IMG/VR virus record: IMGVR_UViG_3300042691_032761
From: a virus
Length of the DNA stretch: 64,000 bases
Direction: 5' to 3' (one strand)
Shown here one piece after another: positions 1 to 10,531 of this stretch. Below the pieces are notes generated by a model. It ran no database searches. It saw only the letters and a program-made list of their open reading frames with translations, and was not told the origin of the DNA. The translations under genes were made by a program, and so were the position numbers. Numbering within the stretch: the first letter of the stretch is position 1; the number at the start of each line of letters is the position of its first letter.

Positions 1-825
1 CTTATCAAAAGCTGATTTTCCAACACCTTTAATGTCTGTCAATCCGAAATAGATACATTTTTTATCTAGTTCAACAAACTCATTTACCATTCTTATATCT
101 GGATTGCAAACCACAATATTCATTTCCGTAGCATTTTGAACAAGTTCCTTTATCTCCATTTGTGGATCAATTTTATCTTTTGCAAATCTCAGATAAGAAG
201 CAAAAAATACTCTAGCATAATGTGCTTTGGCATATGCTGAAAGATACGAATTCATAGCATAACTAATGGCGTGGCTCTTGTTAAAAGAATATCTTTGGCT
301 TTTTTCGATCCAATTGAAAATTTCCTCCGCTTGAGACTTGTTGATTGAGCCAACTTTTTCGCATCCATCAATGAATGTAATTTTTAATTTAGCCATTTCT
401 TCTGGCTTCTTTTTGCCAATAGCTTTTCTTAACATATCTGCTTCTTGCAAATTGAATCCCGCAATTACTCTGGCTATTTCCATTGCCTGTTCTTGATATA
501 CCATTTCTCCATATGTTGTTTTTAAAATGGGTTCAAGAGATTCGTGGAAATAATCAACTGTTTCTAAACCATTTTTTTTATCTATATAATGATTGGTAAC
601 ACTTTTGCCATCTCTAATTGCTTCCAAACATCCAGGACGCATAATACTAATTAATGCTGCAAGCTCCTCGATATTTGATGGCTTCAATTTTTTTGCTATA
701 CTTCGTCCTAATCTGGACTCTAACTGAAAACATCCTTTGGTGTTTCCAGCAGATATAAGATCCCAAGTCAAAGGACACTCCAAATCCATAAGCGCAATAT
801 CTGCATTAAATATTATTGAAGGCAT
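1..825 (-). CDS. dnaE: DNA polymerase III alpha, C-terminal half (partial, runs off window)
   Basis: Not in ORF track. Manual translation from ATG 825: MPSIIFNADIALMDLECPLTWDLISAGNTKGCFQLESR...IMRPG...TYGEMVYQEQAM...YSFNKSHA...YFGLTDIKGVG (fingers and HhH motifs of DnaE). Confidence 0.93.
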   Translation of the reverse strand, partial: MPSIIFNADIALMDLECPLTWDLISAGNTKGCFQLESRLGRSIAKKLKPSNIEELAALISIMRPGCLEAIRDGKSVTNHYIDKKNGLETVDYFHESLEPILKTTYGEMVYQEQAMEIARVIAGFNLQEADMLRKAIGKKKPEEMAKLKITFIDGCEKVGSINKSQAEEIFNWIEKSQRYSFNKSHAISYAMNSYLSAYAKAHYARVFFASYLRFAKDKIDPQMEIKELVQNATEMNIVVCNPDIRMVNEFVELDKKCIYFGLTDIKGVGKSAFDK

Positions 826-1498
826 TCTTAAACTTTATCTTTGAGGAAAGATTTTTGTGTAACTTTAGAAATCTTAATAGAATATTTGCACAGTCTTTGA
901 CATCTTTTAGAGCGTCGTGAGCATTTTCAGAAGATATGCTCATATATTCTCTAACATTATCTAACGAAAGACTTTTAACGTCATCAACATAAGCAAACCA
1001 ATAATATAATAAATTCATTATATCTAGAACATCTCTTGGATAAAAGATATTTGATTCTTCTTCTTTATTAGTATTTCCATATTTTTTTGCTAGTCTATGA
1101 ACAATTTTAAGATCAAATCTATTTATATTATATCCAGCCGCTATTGGTGCAGAGAATTGACTCTTTTTTGTTGTCCTACAGTGGTGTTTTTCCAGATAGT
1201 CGATAAACATTGACCATCCTTGTTTTTGAGATATTGAATCTTTCCAAGACTTTAAAATTTCTGATTGCTCACATCCTCTAACTTTAGCATGAAATCCCAG
1301 TATATCTGAATCATACGGATGGGATGGATCTTCTTCTAATTTATCTGGCTTGAGCATCAAATTAAATTCCGAATTTGGCACTACTTCTAATTTAATTGGA
1401 TCAATAATTAGTGCTGCTATCTGTACTGGACTACACACATTCGGATTCGCCCCGTCTGTTTCAAAATCGAACACACAAATTTTATTATATTGTTTCAT
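806..1498 (-). CDS. DEDDh 3'-5' exonuclease (DnaQ/epsilon-like)
   Basis: ExoI FDFETDG, ExoII GYNINRFD, ExoIII AHDALKDV. Confidence 0.9.
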   Translation of the reverse strand: MKQYNKICVFDFETDGANPNVCSPVQIAALIIDPIKLEVVPNSEFNLMLKPDKLEEDPSHPYDSDILGFHAKVRGCEQSEILKSWKDSISQKQGWSMFIDYLEKHHCRTTKKSQFSAPIAAGYNINRFDLKIVHRLAKKYGNTNKEEESNIFYPRDVLDIMNLLYYWFAYVDDVKSLSLDNVREYMSISSENAHDALKDVKDCANILLRFLKLHKNLSSKIKFKNAFNNI

Positions 1499-1674
1499 GC
1501 TGTTTCTACTGTTACGTTCTCCAGTGGCAAAATCATAGTTTTTTCTTGAGTTTGGTTATTTATGGCATTATTTACATGACAGCAGCTAACTCTATCATCA
1601 TCTATTCTTGTATAGGAAATAGAATTGTGTATGAATTTTTCTCCAACCACAAGGTCTTTAAATTGCTTGTCCAT
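1495..1674 (-). CDS. small hypothetical protein (59 aa)
   Basis: Below ORF-track cutoff: MDKQFKDLVVGEKFIHNSISYTRI...VETA*; TAATG and ATGA overlaps with both neighbours. Confidence 0.75.
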   Translation of the reverse strand: MDKQFKDLVVGEKFIHNSISYTRIDDDRVSCCHVNNAINNQTQEKTMILPLENVTVETA

Positions 1675-3551
1675 TAGTTTTCTCCTTTTTGTAAGAGTTC
1701 TTGAATAGTCATTATTTTATCTAACATTGCAATACCTAGAATATCAAATTTAATAATACCTATGCTCTCTAAGTCTTGCATTTCCATACCCGCTATGGTT
1801 TGATCGTTCCTATTATCATAGACCATTGGACACATTTCGCCAAGAGGTTTGGAACTAATAGCAACACCAGCAGCGTGTTTTGATTGGTTAGTTTTTGTGC
1901 CCTCTAGTCTAATTGCCTGTTCAAATCTTTTTGACAATGGACCTATTAATTCTCCTTTATCATCTATTGAGCACCATGGCGATAAATCGTCTTGATTATT
2001 CTCTAATGCCCATCGTATAATAGATGCTTCTCCGGTTTCCTCTTTCATTTCTTGTAGTTCATCTGCAATTTTAGCTTCATCCGGAATGAACTTAGTTATA
2101 TTGTTCATTTCATCAAATGTTATATTTCCATATACTCTTAACACATCTTTTAGTGCTCCCCTTCCTTTCATTGTATTAAAAGTAATCATTTGAGAAACCT
2201 TGTCTTCCCCATATTTTTGTTTTATATATGAGATAATATCTTCTCTTTTATTGATAGGCACATCTATATCTATATCTGGCATACTAATACGATCCTTAGT
2301 ATTTCTTCCAGCATTATAGAATCTGTCAAAGATCAAATTATATCTAATTGGATCTATTGCTGTTATTCCAACCAAATACGAAACCAGACATCCAGCAGCA
2401 CTGCCTCGTCCCGGTCCGGGTAGCCACTTATTATTCCTTACATAATTAACAATATCTTGTACTATTAGAAAGTAACTGCTAAGACCAGCCCCCTGTAAAA
2501 CATCAAGTTCGTATTTGATCCTATCAACATACTGTGTTTGTTGCTCTATAGGAACTATGTCTTTGATTTTATCTCTCCAGCCATTACGGCAAAGTTGTCT
2601 CAAATATTCTGCTTGATCAAAAGAATCTGGACAATCGAATTCTGGAAGATTCGGCTTCTGATTAATCTCAAAATTCTCACATAAACTATCAACAAATTGA
2701 GTATTTTCAATTTCTTCCTCTGTGTGCAAATTATTTATTTCTTCATTACTAAGTATATGGTAATTATCAGAGATAAAAAATGTGTCCATTCCAAAATTTT
2801 CTTTATTCAATATTTTAGAATTGACATCAATAAATGTGGTCTTTAAATTATTACACAGTAATACTCTTTGATCTATAGCATCTTCTCTTTCACAATAATG
2901 AGCATCTGGAGTTGCTATGACCTTTATCTTTTTTTGTTTGGCAATTTTTCTAATACAATCAGTTACATCTTTTTGAATAGGATTATGTTCCTGATCCATT
3001 AATTGGGCTTCTAAGAAAAAATTATCTTTACCAAAAATATTTTGGAGTTTATCAATAATTGGTATAGCATTATTTTCCCAATCGTTATTTATAGTATCGT
3101 TGGTCATAATTTTATTGGCCACAACCGATCCTAAGTGGCCAGCAAATCCTATTATATTTCCATCTAGTAGTTTGCCAAGCCTATCCAAATCCAATCTTGG
3201 CTTATAATAAAATAAGTCAGATCTATTTGATTCCGATATTATCTTAATCATCGTCTGCCATCCGGTATAATTTTTGGCTAAAATTACCAAATGACTTAGA
3301 TCTCTATTAGACGAGTCTTTTATTGATGCATCATTATTAGAGATATATAATTCGCAACCTAAAATGGGTTTAATGCCAGCAGACTTCATTGTCGAATGAA
3401 ACTTAACCGTGCCAGAGATATTACCATGGTCTGTTAAAGCGCACGAAGATACTCCTATTTTATTGCATCTCTCTGCTATTTGTTGAGGTTTGCTTAATCC
3501 ATCTAGCAAAGAATAATGACTGTGAACATGCAATGGAATATATTTTTTCAT
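1674..3551 (-). CDS. dnaE: DNA polymerase III alpha, N-terminal half (PHP + palm + thumb)
   Basis: LHVHSHYSLLDG, TDHG, GPGRGSAAG, PDIDID, SKHAAG, KFDILG; ends just after the third catalytic Asp. Confidence 0.95.
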   Translation of the reverse strand: MKKYIPLHVHSHYSLLDGLSKPQQIAERCNKIGVSSCALTDHGNISGTVKFHSTMKSAGIKPILGCELYISNNDASIKDSSNRDLSHLVILAKNYTGWQTMIKIISESNRSDLFYYKPRLDLDRLGKLLDGNIIGFAGHLGSVVANKIMTNDTINNDWENNAIPIIDKLQNIFGKDNFFLEAQLMDQEHNPIQKDVTDCIRKIAKQKKIKVIATPDAHYCEREDAIDQRVLLCNNLKTTFIDVNSKILNKENFGMDTFFISDNYHILSNEEINNLHTEEEIENTQFVDSLCENFEINQKPNLPEFDCPDSFDQAEYLRQLCRNGWRDKIKDIVPIEQQTQYVDRIKYELDVLQGAGLSSYFLIVQDIVNYVRNNKWLPGPGRGSAAGCLVSYLVGITAIDPIRYNLIFDRFYNAGRNTKDRISMPDIDIDVPINKREDIISYIKQKYGEDKVSQMITFNTMKGRGALKDVLRVYGNITFDEMNNITKFIPDEAKIADELQEMKEETGEASIIRWALENNQDDLSPWCSIDDKGELIGPLSKRFEQAIRLEGTKTNQSKHAAGVAISSKPLGEMCPMVYDNRNDQTIAGMEMQDLESIGIIKFDILGIAMLDKIMTIQELLQKGEN

Positions 3552-4585
3552 TGACCAGGAGCCTCATAATGACCAAAAGTATGGTTCTTGTGCTTGTAAT
3601 TCTTTGTTACTTCGTCTATCCCTAACAGTTCTATATCATGTTTAATTTGTTCGCATTTAGTCATTGTTGATCCTTTGGAACAAACTTGATTATTTCGATA
3701 TTCTATCGTGGGCAAAATATTAGTGTCTTCAAAAGTGGTTTTACCAAAATGACATAATTTGCTACACATCCATGTTTTTTTAAGTCTTGGCTTCTTGGTT
3801 TTCTTAATAATTTCAAATTTTTGCATTAACATTTGTTCTGTTTCTATAAGATCTTTGTCATCGAAAGACATAGAAAAGACACCCCCATCATTTATGAAAT
3901 TTATAGATACCATAAAATGTGCAATCTCAGGATACAAATGCCTTATTGCATAATGGTATATTCTTAATTGAGGATCTTTTTCCAATTTTTCTTGAGTTTT
4001 TTCTTGTCCAGTAGCCCAATCTAATCTTTTTCCAGTTTTCCAGTCTACAATCTCATAGAGATCATCGTTTACTTTTGTGATTAAATCTATTGTTCCTTTT
4101 AGTCCAAGATATCCTTCTAGTAAACCGTCTTCTGTTTTATAAGAATATTTGGCCCAAGGTTTTTCGATAATAAAATCAAAATGTTGCTCTGGTTGAACTA
4201 TGAATCTATTTCTAGGATCAAACATTCCTTTGTTGTAGTTCAAAGTTTTGTAGACCCAATTGTAACACTCCGAAAAGTCTTTGTCAACCCATTGGTGATG
4301 AGAATTGGCATTGGAATAGTGAGTATAAACCACTTTAATGATTTCGTCTAAATTATAATTAGATACATTTATTTTACCAACTATATCATCATCAATAAAT
4401 AATAATTTATCTTGTTCGGCTTTTTTAATAACCGCCAATACTTCTAATACTTTGTGGACTATGGTTCCTTTGTCTGCTTTTTTGTTAGACGGTCCTCTCC
4501 ATCCTAAAACGTATTCTAAAAAATATTGTTGCTCACACATGCTGTGTGCATTATACGAGGAACTACGGAAATATGTTATAATCAT
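3548..4585 (-). CDS. PD-(D/E)XK exonuclease (RecB/AddB/Cas4-like)
   Basis: GTIVHKVLE, GTIDL, IVDWKTG, QLRIY; N- and C-terminal Cys could bind an Fe-S cluster. Confidence 0.8.
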   Translation of the reverse strand: MIITYFRSSSYNAHSMCEQQYFLEYVLGWRGPSNKKADKGTIVHKVLEVLAVIKKAEQDKLLFIDDDIVGKINVSNYNLDEIIKVVYTHYSNANSHHQWVDKDFSECYNWVYKTLNYNKGMFDPRNRFIVQPEQHFDFIIEKPWAKYSYKTEDGLLEGYLGLKGTIDLITKVNDDLYEIVDWKTGKRLDWATGQEKTQEKLEKDPQLRIYHYAIRHLYPEIAHFMVSINFINDGGVFSMSFDDKDLIETEQMLMQKFEIIKKTKKPRLKKTWMCSKLCHFGKTTFEDTNILPTIEYRNNQVCSKGSTMTKCEQIKHDIELLGIDEVTKNYKHKNHTFGHYEAPGQ

Positions 4586-5328
4586 TATTTTGCTGTTTCT
4601 TTTATTAGGATATCATATACCATGCCACATTGTTCTTCTATGTCTATATTTTGATTATCAATGACATAATTAAAATTTGACCAGTCGTATACATTAGGGT
4701 CCAGAGCCGTCTCTGATTTATGTTCTTCTATATTATTTTCATTGGATAATTTTCTTGTTAATCTAATAACAACTCCATTATTATTTTTTATGGCATCAAC
4801 CTCATTAGGAAAACGACAATCTGTAACAAGAGCTATATTTGGTTTGTCTTTCATTATTTTTCTGATTAAAGACTCTGGCCATATATTTGGTTTTATTGTC
4901 CTAAAAAAGTCTGTTCCAATCAATTGCATCATGTCTCTTCCAGACAATGGTTTATTATCATAACTCATATCTGTTAATTGATTTTTTTGATCATCTGTTC
5001 CATAGCATTGCTCATAACTTAAACCAAACATATCTATACAAATATCTTGTTTGAGAGGATCAGCAAAACTATAAATCTTAATATGAGAACTCAATTGCTG
5101 AATAACATCAAATATTTCTTGATCAATATATCCAATGTTATTATAGTATTTTACAATATCTACATCTATATATTCTTGATTTGTTTTTTTTATTCTTATG
5201 GTGCCATTATCCGTTAGCATAACTTCTGGAAAGATTTCTTTTCCTGCTAAGCCTATACAATATAAAAAATTTGCACATGTTGTTTTACCAGACTGTTTTT
5301 TCCCAGAAAAGCCTAAAATCAAAGTCAT
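4585..5328 (-). CDS. deoxynucleoside monophosphate kinase
   Basis: GKKQSGKTT, SFADPLK, MQLIGTD, TDCRFPNE, HKSE. Confidence 0.85.
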   Translation of the reverse strand: MTLILGFSGKKQSGKTTCANFLYCIGLAGKEIFPEVMLTDNGTIRIKKTNQEYIDVDIVKYYNNIGYIDQEIFDVIQQLSSHIKIYSFADPLKQDICIDMFGLSYEQCYGTDDQKNQLTDMSYDNKPLSGRDMMQLIGTDFFRTIKPNIWPESLIRKIMKDKPNIALVTDCRFPNEVDAIKNNNGVVIRLTRKLSNENNIEEHKSETALDPNVYDWSNFNYVIDNQNIDIEEQCGMVYDILIKETAK

Positions 5329-6437
5329 AATATAATCCTTGGTGATATAATTTTTTTAATCTCTTCGACGGTCATCTCCGCAACGTCGTTTGTTTGAATC
5401 TGTATGTGATCTATGTTATATATTTTAGCACATTTTTTTTGAATTTGTTCTCTGGCTTTTATCCCAGCATCATCATTGTCCATAATTGTGATTATCTTCA
5501 TTGCTCCTGAAATGTCCAAAAGCATCTTTTGTTTATCATTAAGGTTTGCACCAAAAATAGCAACTCCATTATGTATTCCGGCCTCTTCTAATCTCCAGAC
5601 ATTGCCCGGACTTTCTACGACAACAACCACTTTTGATTGCTTTATATGATCTTTGGCGTACCAAAAATTATACAAACACTCTTCTGCTCTAAATCCTTCG
5701 CTATGTTTCCATTTTGGTTTTATATTGTCAACAATTGATCTTCCTGTGCATCCAACCATATACTCGTGGTTGGCGTCATAAATAGGAGCCACAGCACGGT
5801 TATACATCTCCTTGCCGTCTGTGATGCAGTCTCCAACGTCATATTTAATCAGTACCTCTGCCGAGAAGCCGCGATTTAAAAAATAAGGACTTGGTATCTT
5901 TAAGGCTCTTTGAATATGTTCCCTTTTGACCGTATTAGATACTTTATTTTGTTTTTGGGTTAATATATTAGTATTAGAAACAAATGATTGTTTGTCTTTT
6001 TCAACTCTAGAAACAGATATTTTAGTTGGATCTATTTTGGAAAATTCTTTAATGAAATCTAATGTTTGACCAAAAGATACAGTATCGTCTCCACTCTCTA
6101 GCCAATTCATCTCTTTATGAGATAATAAACCACGAATAAAGCCAATAATAGAACCCTTAAATATTTTTTCGCACTGATGAGTTCTACATTTCCAATTTCC
6201 TCTATATGAATCACCAATATGATATATATTTAATGCGGATGGATTGTCTCCTCCGTGTATGGGACAACACATACTATAAAATTTGCCATTATTTTTGTAG
6301 TCTAAATTAAAATAATCAAATAGATCTTCTATGTTATCACAAAGTTGATCACAGACTATCTTTAGTTTATTTTGATCAATCGAATGGTATGCTGTCTTGT
6401 TCTTCGACTGTAAATCCATTGTCTGTGTCTGTTCCAT
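5325..6437 (-). CDS. dnaG: DNA primase (CHC2 zinc finger + TOPRIM)
   Basis: CCPIHGGDN...WKCRTHQC, VVESPGN, MDNDDAG; start may be 6419. Confidence 0.85.
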   Translation of the reverse strand: MEQTQTMDLQSKNKTAYHSIDQNKLKIVCDQLCDNIEDLFDYFNLDYKNNGKFYSMCCPIHGGDNPSALNIYHIGDSYRGNWKCRTHQCEKIFKGSIIGFIRGLLSHKEMNWLESGDDTVSFGQTLDFIKEFSKIDPTKISVSRVEKDKQSFVSNTNILTQKQNKVSNTVKREHIQRALKIPSPYFLNRGFSAEVLIKYDVGDCITDGKEMYNRAVAPIYDANHEYMVGCTGRSIVDNIKPKWKHSEGFRAEECLYNFWYAKDHIKQSKVVVVVESPGNVWRLEEAGIHNGVAIFGANLNDKQKMLLDISGAMKIITIMDNDDAGIKAREQIQKKCAKIYNIDHIQIQTNDVAEMTVEEIKKIISPRIIL

Positions 6438-7821
6438 TTAAAATTTCCAATCTTGTTTTACCTTCTGTTATTTTTGCACACCAACCCTTCATATGGCAGT
6501 TTATGTAGTCATTATCATCTAACCCTGAGCCATGTCGGCTTATTAGGGGTAAAAGTTTTCGGTTTCCATTAGTGGGACCGTCTTCTGCCATTTCTTCATC
6601 GCTTTTTCTTTTGAATATACTAAAATTGCTGCATAGCCAAATAATTCTATCGGATCCAGATGCTGTGTCCGTACTTTCTTTGGTTATACCATCTCTGTTC
6701 AATTGTACAAAAGCCATAATAGGAATCTGATATTTGACAGCAAAGTTATGGAGTGTTGTCATCATAAATCCTAAGACCTGATACTCTTTCATATCCTGAG
6801 ATATTCCAGCACTATCCATGAGTTTTAGATAGTCATAAAATATAACACACTGTTTTGCTGTTCCATCACTATTTAATCCAACATGTTTCATAATCCATCT
6901 TCTCATGATAGATAATTGTTCTTCAAAAGATTTGCCAGCAATACTTTTATGATAAAGTGGTATCTTCTCTAATTCTTTTGCTGCTAATTCTATTTTATTT
7001 GATAAAGATGGTACTTCGGCAAATTTTCCTGTTTCAATCTTATTGATCTCGATTTCTGTTATCATTGCCAGAATACGATGAATGTGATCATTTTTTGTCA
7101 TTTCGGTATCCATGTTTAATACTGGAATACCCATTTTTGCTATATTATATCCCATATTATCAGACAATAGCGTTTTTCCGGTCTTTGGTCTTGCGGCGAT
7201 CACATTAATTGTGCTTTTCCTTAAGCCTCCACCTATAGCAAAATCATAAGCAGGAAATCCCGTGGATATGCCAACTTGATCTATGGGATTATTTTTAAGA
7301 TGATCTAAATAATCACTTAGTCCTTGTGATATCTGCACAGGGTTATTATCTGCATCGTCTAGAGTTGAACTAAAATTCAGAATAGGATCTTCTGCTATGC
7401 TGAGAATATGTGTTATAGATTCTGAACCATTTATTTGGTTAACTTTTTGTTGAATATCTTTTAATTGACTTTGCAATTTTCTTGCAATTTGTAGCTTTTT
7501 TAATTTGACACAAAATTGCATCAAATTCGAATAATCGGCAGGAAATTCTAGTATAGCTTTTAGATGCTGAGTCTCCTCTTTCTTTTGCAAAATAGAGTCG
7601 AAGCCCAGGTCTTTTGCTGTAGAATATATTGAAGCTATATCTATAGCTTTTTGTCCATTGTCTGTAAAAATTTTCTTAATACACTTAAATATCAGAATAT
7701 TACTATCTATTGTGAAAGAATGCTCGTCCACAATATCTGCAACTTCGATATATGATTGTTCTCCTGTTTTGCACAATATTGCCAAAACAGCTCTTTCAAT
7801 AGCAGGGTCTGATAATGTCAT
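6376..7821 (-). CDS. dnaB: replicative DNA helicase
   Basis: AARPKTGKT, DTEM, FYDYLKLM, QLNR, ISRHG. Confidence 0.92.
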   Translation of the reverse strand: MTLSDPAIERAVLAILCKTGEQSYIEVADIVDEHSFTIDSNILIFKCIKKIFTDNGQKAIDIASIYSTAKDLGFDSILQKKEETQHLKAILEFPADYSNLMQFCVKLKKLQIARKLQSQLKDIQQKVNQINGSESITHILSIAEDPILNFSSTLDDADNNPVQISQGLSDYLDHLKNNPIDQVGISTGFPAYDFAIGGGLRKSTINVIAARPKTGKTLLSDNMGYNIAKMGIPVLNMDTEMTKNDHIHRILAMITEIEINKIETGKFAEVPSLSNKIELAAKELEKIPLYHKSIAGKSFEEQLSIMRRWIMKHVGLNSDGTAKQCVIFYDYLKLMDSAGISQDMKEYQVLGFMMTTLHNFAVKYQIPIMAFVQLNRDGITKESTDTASGSDRIIWLCSNFSIFKRKSDEEMAEDGPTNGNRKLLPLISRHGSGLDDNDYINCHMKGWCAKITEGKTRLEILNGTDTDNGFTVEEQDSIPFD

Positions 7822-7824
7822 AAT

Positions 7825-8214
7825 TTATCCAGCGGATATGGAGCACTTGTTACATTTATATCGGTCTTGTTCTATGAGAAGTCCAGGATTTATTTTCTCT
7901 TTTCTTCCACAACATCTGCATTGTACCGTGATACTTTCAAAATGTCTATTCCTCTCTGTGGGGGGATACCTATTTAATTTTTGATCAATAATGGTATCCT
8001 CTTTATGAGAATCTTTTTCTCTCATAGTATCAAAAAAATTGATGCCATCAGACTTTGCTTTGCTTTTGTTGGTCTTGATAGCGCTCGATTGTTTGGGTTT
8101 GCTTTTTCTTTTTTGAGTAACCTTATTTGAAGTTGCTTCTTCGTTTGGTAAAAGTTTAGATAGTATATTGATGATATCTTTTATTTGATCTGGTTTTAAG
8201 TCATTGAGATCCAT
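7825..8214 (-). CDS. hypothetical protein with C-terminal zinc ribbon
   Basis: CRCC...CNKC; in operon. Confidence 0.6.
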   Translation of the reverse strand: MDLNDLKPDQIKDIINILSKLLPNEEATSNKVTQKRKSKPKQSSAIKTNKSKAKSDGINFFDTMREKDSHKEDTIIDQKLNRYPPTERNRHFESITVQCRCCGRKEKINPGLLIEQDRYKCNKCSISAG

Positions 8215-8695
8215 TTTTCACCTTATTCCTTTGAATGGCTAAGATAATATCTGATAAATTTTTGATACTATTTGCTATATATGATAGTCTGTCTGATCTT
8301 TGTTTGGCATATTTTTTTATATTATTCAATGAGGATGCTTTATCATTATGTTTTATAGCTTGTAATGATTTTTCAACAAAACCATAGCCTTTGTAATTAT
8401 TAATTTCATCCGCAATTGTTTCTTTTATCGCTTCATCTGCCCAGTTGTATCTTGCTATTTCTCTATTAATTGTTCTTTGAATATGAAAAGTAAATTGTCC
8501 CAAACGATAAGCAATCTGACCACAATCTTCCGGGGTCAAAGTCTCTAGAACTTTTCTATCCATAGTCAAATAAGAATTCAATTCTGTTTCTGGCAATTGT
8601 TCAACATTTGAAGCATATCTACTTAGTCCTATGCCCTGTTCATATTCATCAAGAATATTATCCCAGTGTTGTAGTTCTTCTTTAGCAGTTTTCAT
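8201..8695 (-). CDS. helical protein, possible UvsY-like recombination mediator
   Basis: Coiled-coil character and position near recA; function is inference. Confidence 0.4.
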   Translation of the reverse strand: MKTAKEELQHWDNILDEYEQGIGLSRYASNVEQLPETELNSYLTMDRKVLETLTPEDCGQIAYRLGQFTFHIQRTINREIARYNWADEAIKETIADEINNYKGYGFVEKSLQAIKHNDKASSLNNIKKYAKQRSDRLSYIANSIKNLSDIILAIQRNKVKNGSQ

Positions 8696-9092
8696 GATTA
8701 ATAATCGACTCCCATTCATGTACTTTATTATATGGTAATTCGCAATATTCGATATTGTTAAGATAACACCATTCTTTTTTATCTCTATCTCTTTTTTGAG
8801 CTTTTACGAAAGATAATACATTGTTATGATAAAATGGAATAAACTTATAATGCTGTTCACCATGGACCTCTATGCATTTTTTAAGCAAAGGGATATAAAA
8901 ATCCATATACATAACTTCATTTTTACGAGCATATATAGTAATTTCTTCAAGAATTTGCATAGTTGGGTAAAGCCTTTTAATCAAATTTCTTGCTTCTAAA
9001 TGTAATGCGGATTTATTTACCGCAGAACCCTTAGATATTCCACCTTTTAAATTTAATGTTGAAACCGATCCGTCTAATCCTTTGACTAGCAT
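8682..9092 (-). CDS. restriction-endonuclease-fold (Vsr/DUF559-like) nuclease
   Basis: YMDFYIP...IEVHGEQH...RDRDKKEWC. Confidence 0.7.
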   Translation of the reverse strand: MLVKGLDGSVSTLNLKGGISKGSAVNKSALHLEARNLIKRLYPTMQILEEITIYARKNEVMYMDFYIPLLKKCIEVHGEQHYKFIPFYHNNVLSFVKAQKRDRDKKEWCYLNNIEYCELPYNKVHEWESIINHENC

Positions 9093-9093
9093 A

Positions 9094-10119
9094 TTAAAAC
9101 TTTGTTCCTAGCATTTGTTTAACTTGCTTATAAAGCTCAGTATATGCTTCGTCATTTTCTAATAGAAAGTTTCTAATCTTTTCTGTTCCTTGAAACTTAT
9201 TTTTTTCATCTTTTAAAAATGATAGAGTGTACCATGCCCCAGCCTTATTAATGAGACCAATATCTGTAGCCAAAGTAATAAGTTCCATATATCTATCAAT
9301 ACCTTGGCCATATCTAAGATAAGAAGTTATGATTCCTCCGGGCGGACTTAAAGCAGAGCATATAACTTGCCACTCAACTTCTTGACCAATTTGAGTATTG
9401 TCTGTTCCTAACAACCATGGTTTAAAAGTTTTTGCTCTTAGTTTTATATCTGTTTGATAAGCAATAGCCTGACCACTCTTCTCTTTAAATTCTGCACCAT
9501 ATCCTGTGGGATTACCCATTAAGTGAGTAATTCCTATAACAACATTTTTATTTACTGGAATTACATTAGCAACCTTTCGACAAAATTTTGCCAGTAATTT
9601 TGCTCCATCTGCTCTTTGCATTTTATCCATATCTGTTGTAATTTCTGCTTCTGTGCATAGAGCAGAATACGAGTCGATGATTAGTACACTTCCTGGCTCT
9701 TGGTTGATAATTCTTTCAGCAATTTGTAGATATTCTTCTGCGTGTAAAATTTTTCCGGTCTGAGATCCTATTACCTGAAACTTATCTAAGTTTAATCCTG
9801 GTATTCCTTCTAAGTCTCTTTTCTTCAATCTACCTTCAATGTTAAGGTAGTACACGTTTCTGCCATCAGCAAAAGAATCCGAACCATATTCTGGCTGTTG
9901 AGCAGTAGCGGCGAATGCTAAACTTGTTGTTGTTTTACCACATTTGGGCTGGCCAGTCAAAACAACAAAACTTCCTTCTGGAATTCCTCCTCCTAAAACC
10001 ATGTCTAAAGACGGACTGACAGGGATGACAACAGACTTCTTGTCCACAACAGCCGCAGCACTAACAATAATGTTTGCTCCAAAATCTTTTGTTACACTGT
10101 CTTTTAATTTAGTGCTCAT
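9094..10119 (-). CDS. recA: RecA/UvsX-like recombinase
   Basis: SLDMVLGGGIPEG, GQPKCGKTT, LIIDS, AGAWY. Confidence 0.9.
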   Translation of the reverse strand: MSTKLKDSVTKDFGANIIVSAAAVVDKKSVVIPVSPSLDMVLGGGIPEGSFVVLTGQPKCGKTTTSLAFAATAQQPEYGSDSFADGRNVYYLNIEGRLKKRDLEGIPGLNLDKFQVIGSQTGKILHAEEYLQIAERIINQEPGSVLIIDSYSALCTEAEITTDMDKMQRADGAKLLAKFCRKVANVIPVNKNVVIGITHLMGNPTGYGAEFKEKSGQAIAYQTDIKLRAKTFKPWLLGTDNTQIGQEVEWQVICSALSPPGGIITSYLRYGQGIDRYMELITLATDIGLINKAGAWYTLSFLKDEKNKFQGTEKIRNFLLENDEAYTELYKQVKQMLGTKF

Positions 10120-10528
10120 TATCAATTTCCTTTATAAGATCTAAGATATTTTTTGATTTAATTTTTTGTTGACCGGCAGAATTCTCTACTCTTTTTATAT
10201 CTGTTACTTTTTCGTCTTTCTGCTTTTCCAGCTTTTCCTGCTCCTGTTGTATTATAGCAACAAGGTGCGGAGCCCTCAACGAATAAATTTTTTGTGCTTT
10301 CGTTGTTTTTAAGGCATTAATTATTGCTTTTGGCAAATAGGTTTTTAAGAGTTTATTTGCTGTAAAAATTTGAGATTTGTAAAAACTTGCCCATTCTTTA
10401 TTAAGCCAAAATCTATAATGAAGATCTTTCTTATTTTTGTTGGCTAAATGCTCACATATAATCTCTGTTATATATTGAGCAGCAGAGACGGTTTTGCCAT
10501 TCGAATATTTCGAAATATATTTTTGCAT
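10109..10528 (-). CDS. hypothetical protein
   Basis: 139-aa ORF, tightly packed. Confidence 0.6.
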   Translation of the reverse strand: MQKYISKYSNGKTVSAAQYITEIICEHLANKNKKDLHYRFWLNKEWASFYKSQIFTANKLLKTYLPKAIINALKTTKAQKIYSLRAPHLVAIIQQEQEKLEKQKDEKVTDIKRVENSAGQQKIKSKNILDLIKEIDNEH

Positions 10529-10531
10529 TGA

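Noticed and set aside
789-1700. Split intein or intron joining the DnaE halves
   Set aside because: No intein N-terminal (C/S block A) or C-terminal (HN-C/S/T) motifs, and the gap is fully occupied by overlapping ORFs.
3548-4585. Cas4/CRISPR system
   Set aside because: No repeat-spacer array or other cas gene was seen; the replication context fits a recombination exonuclease.
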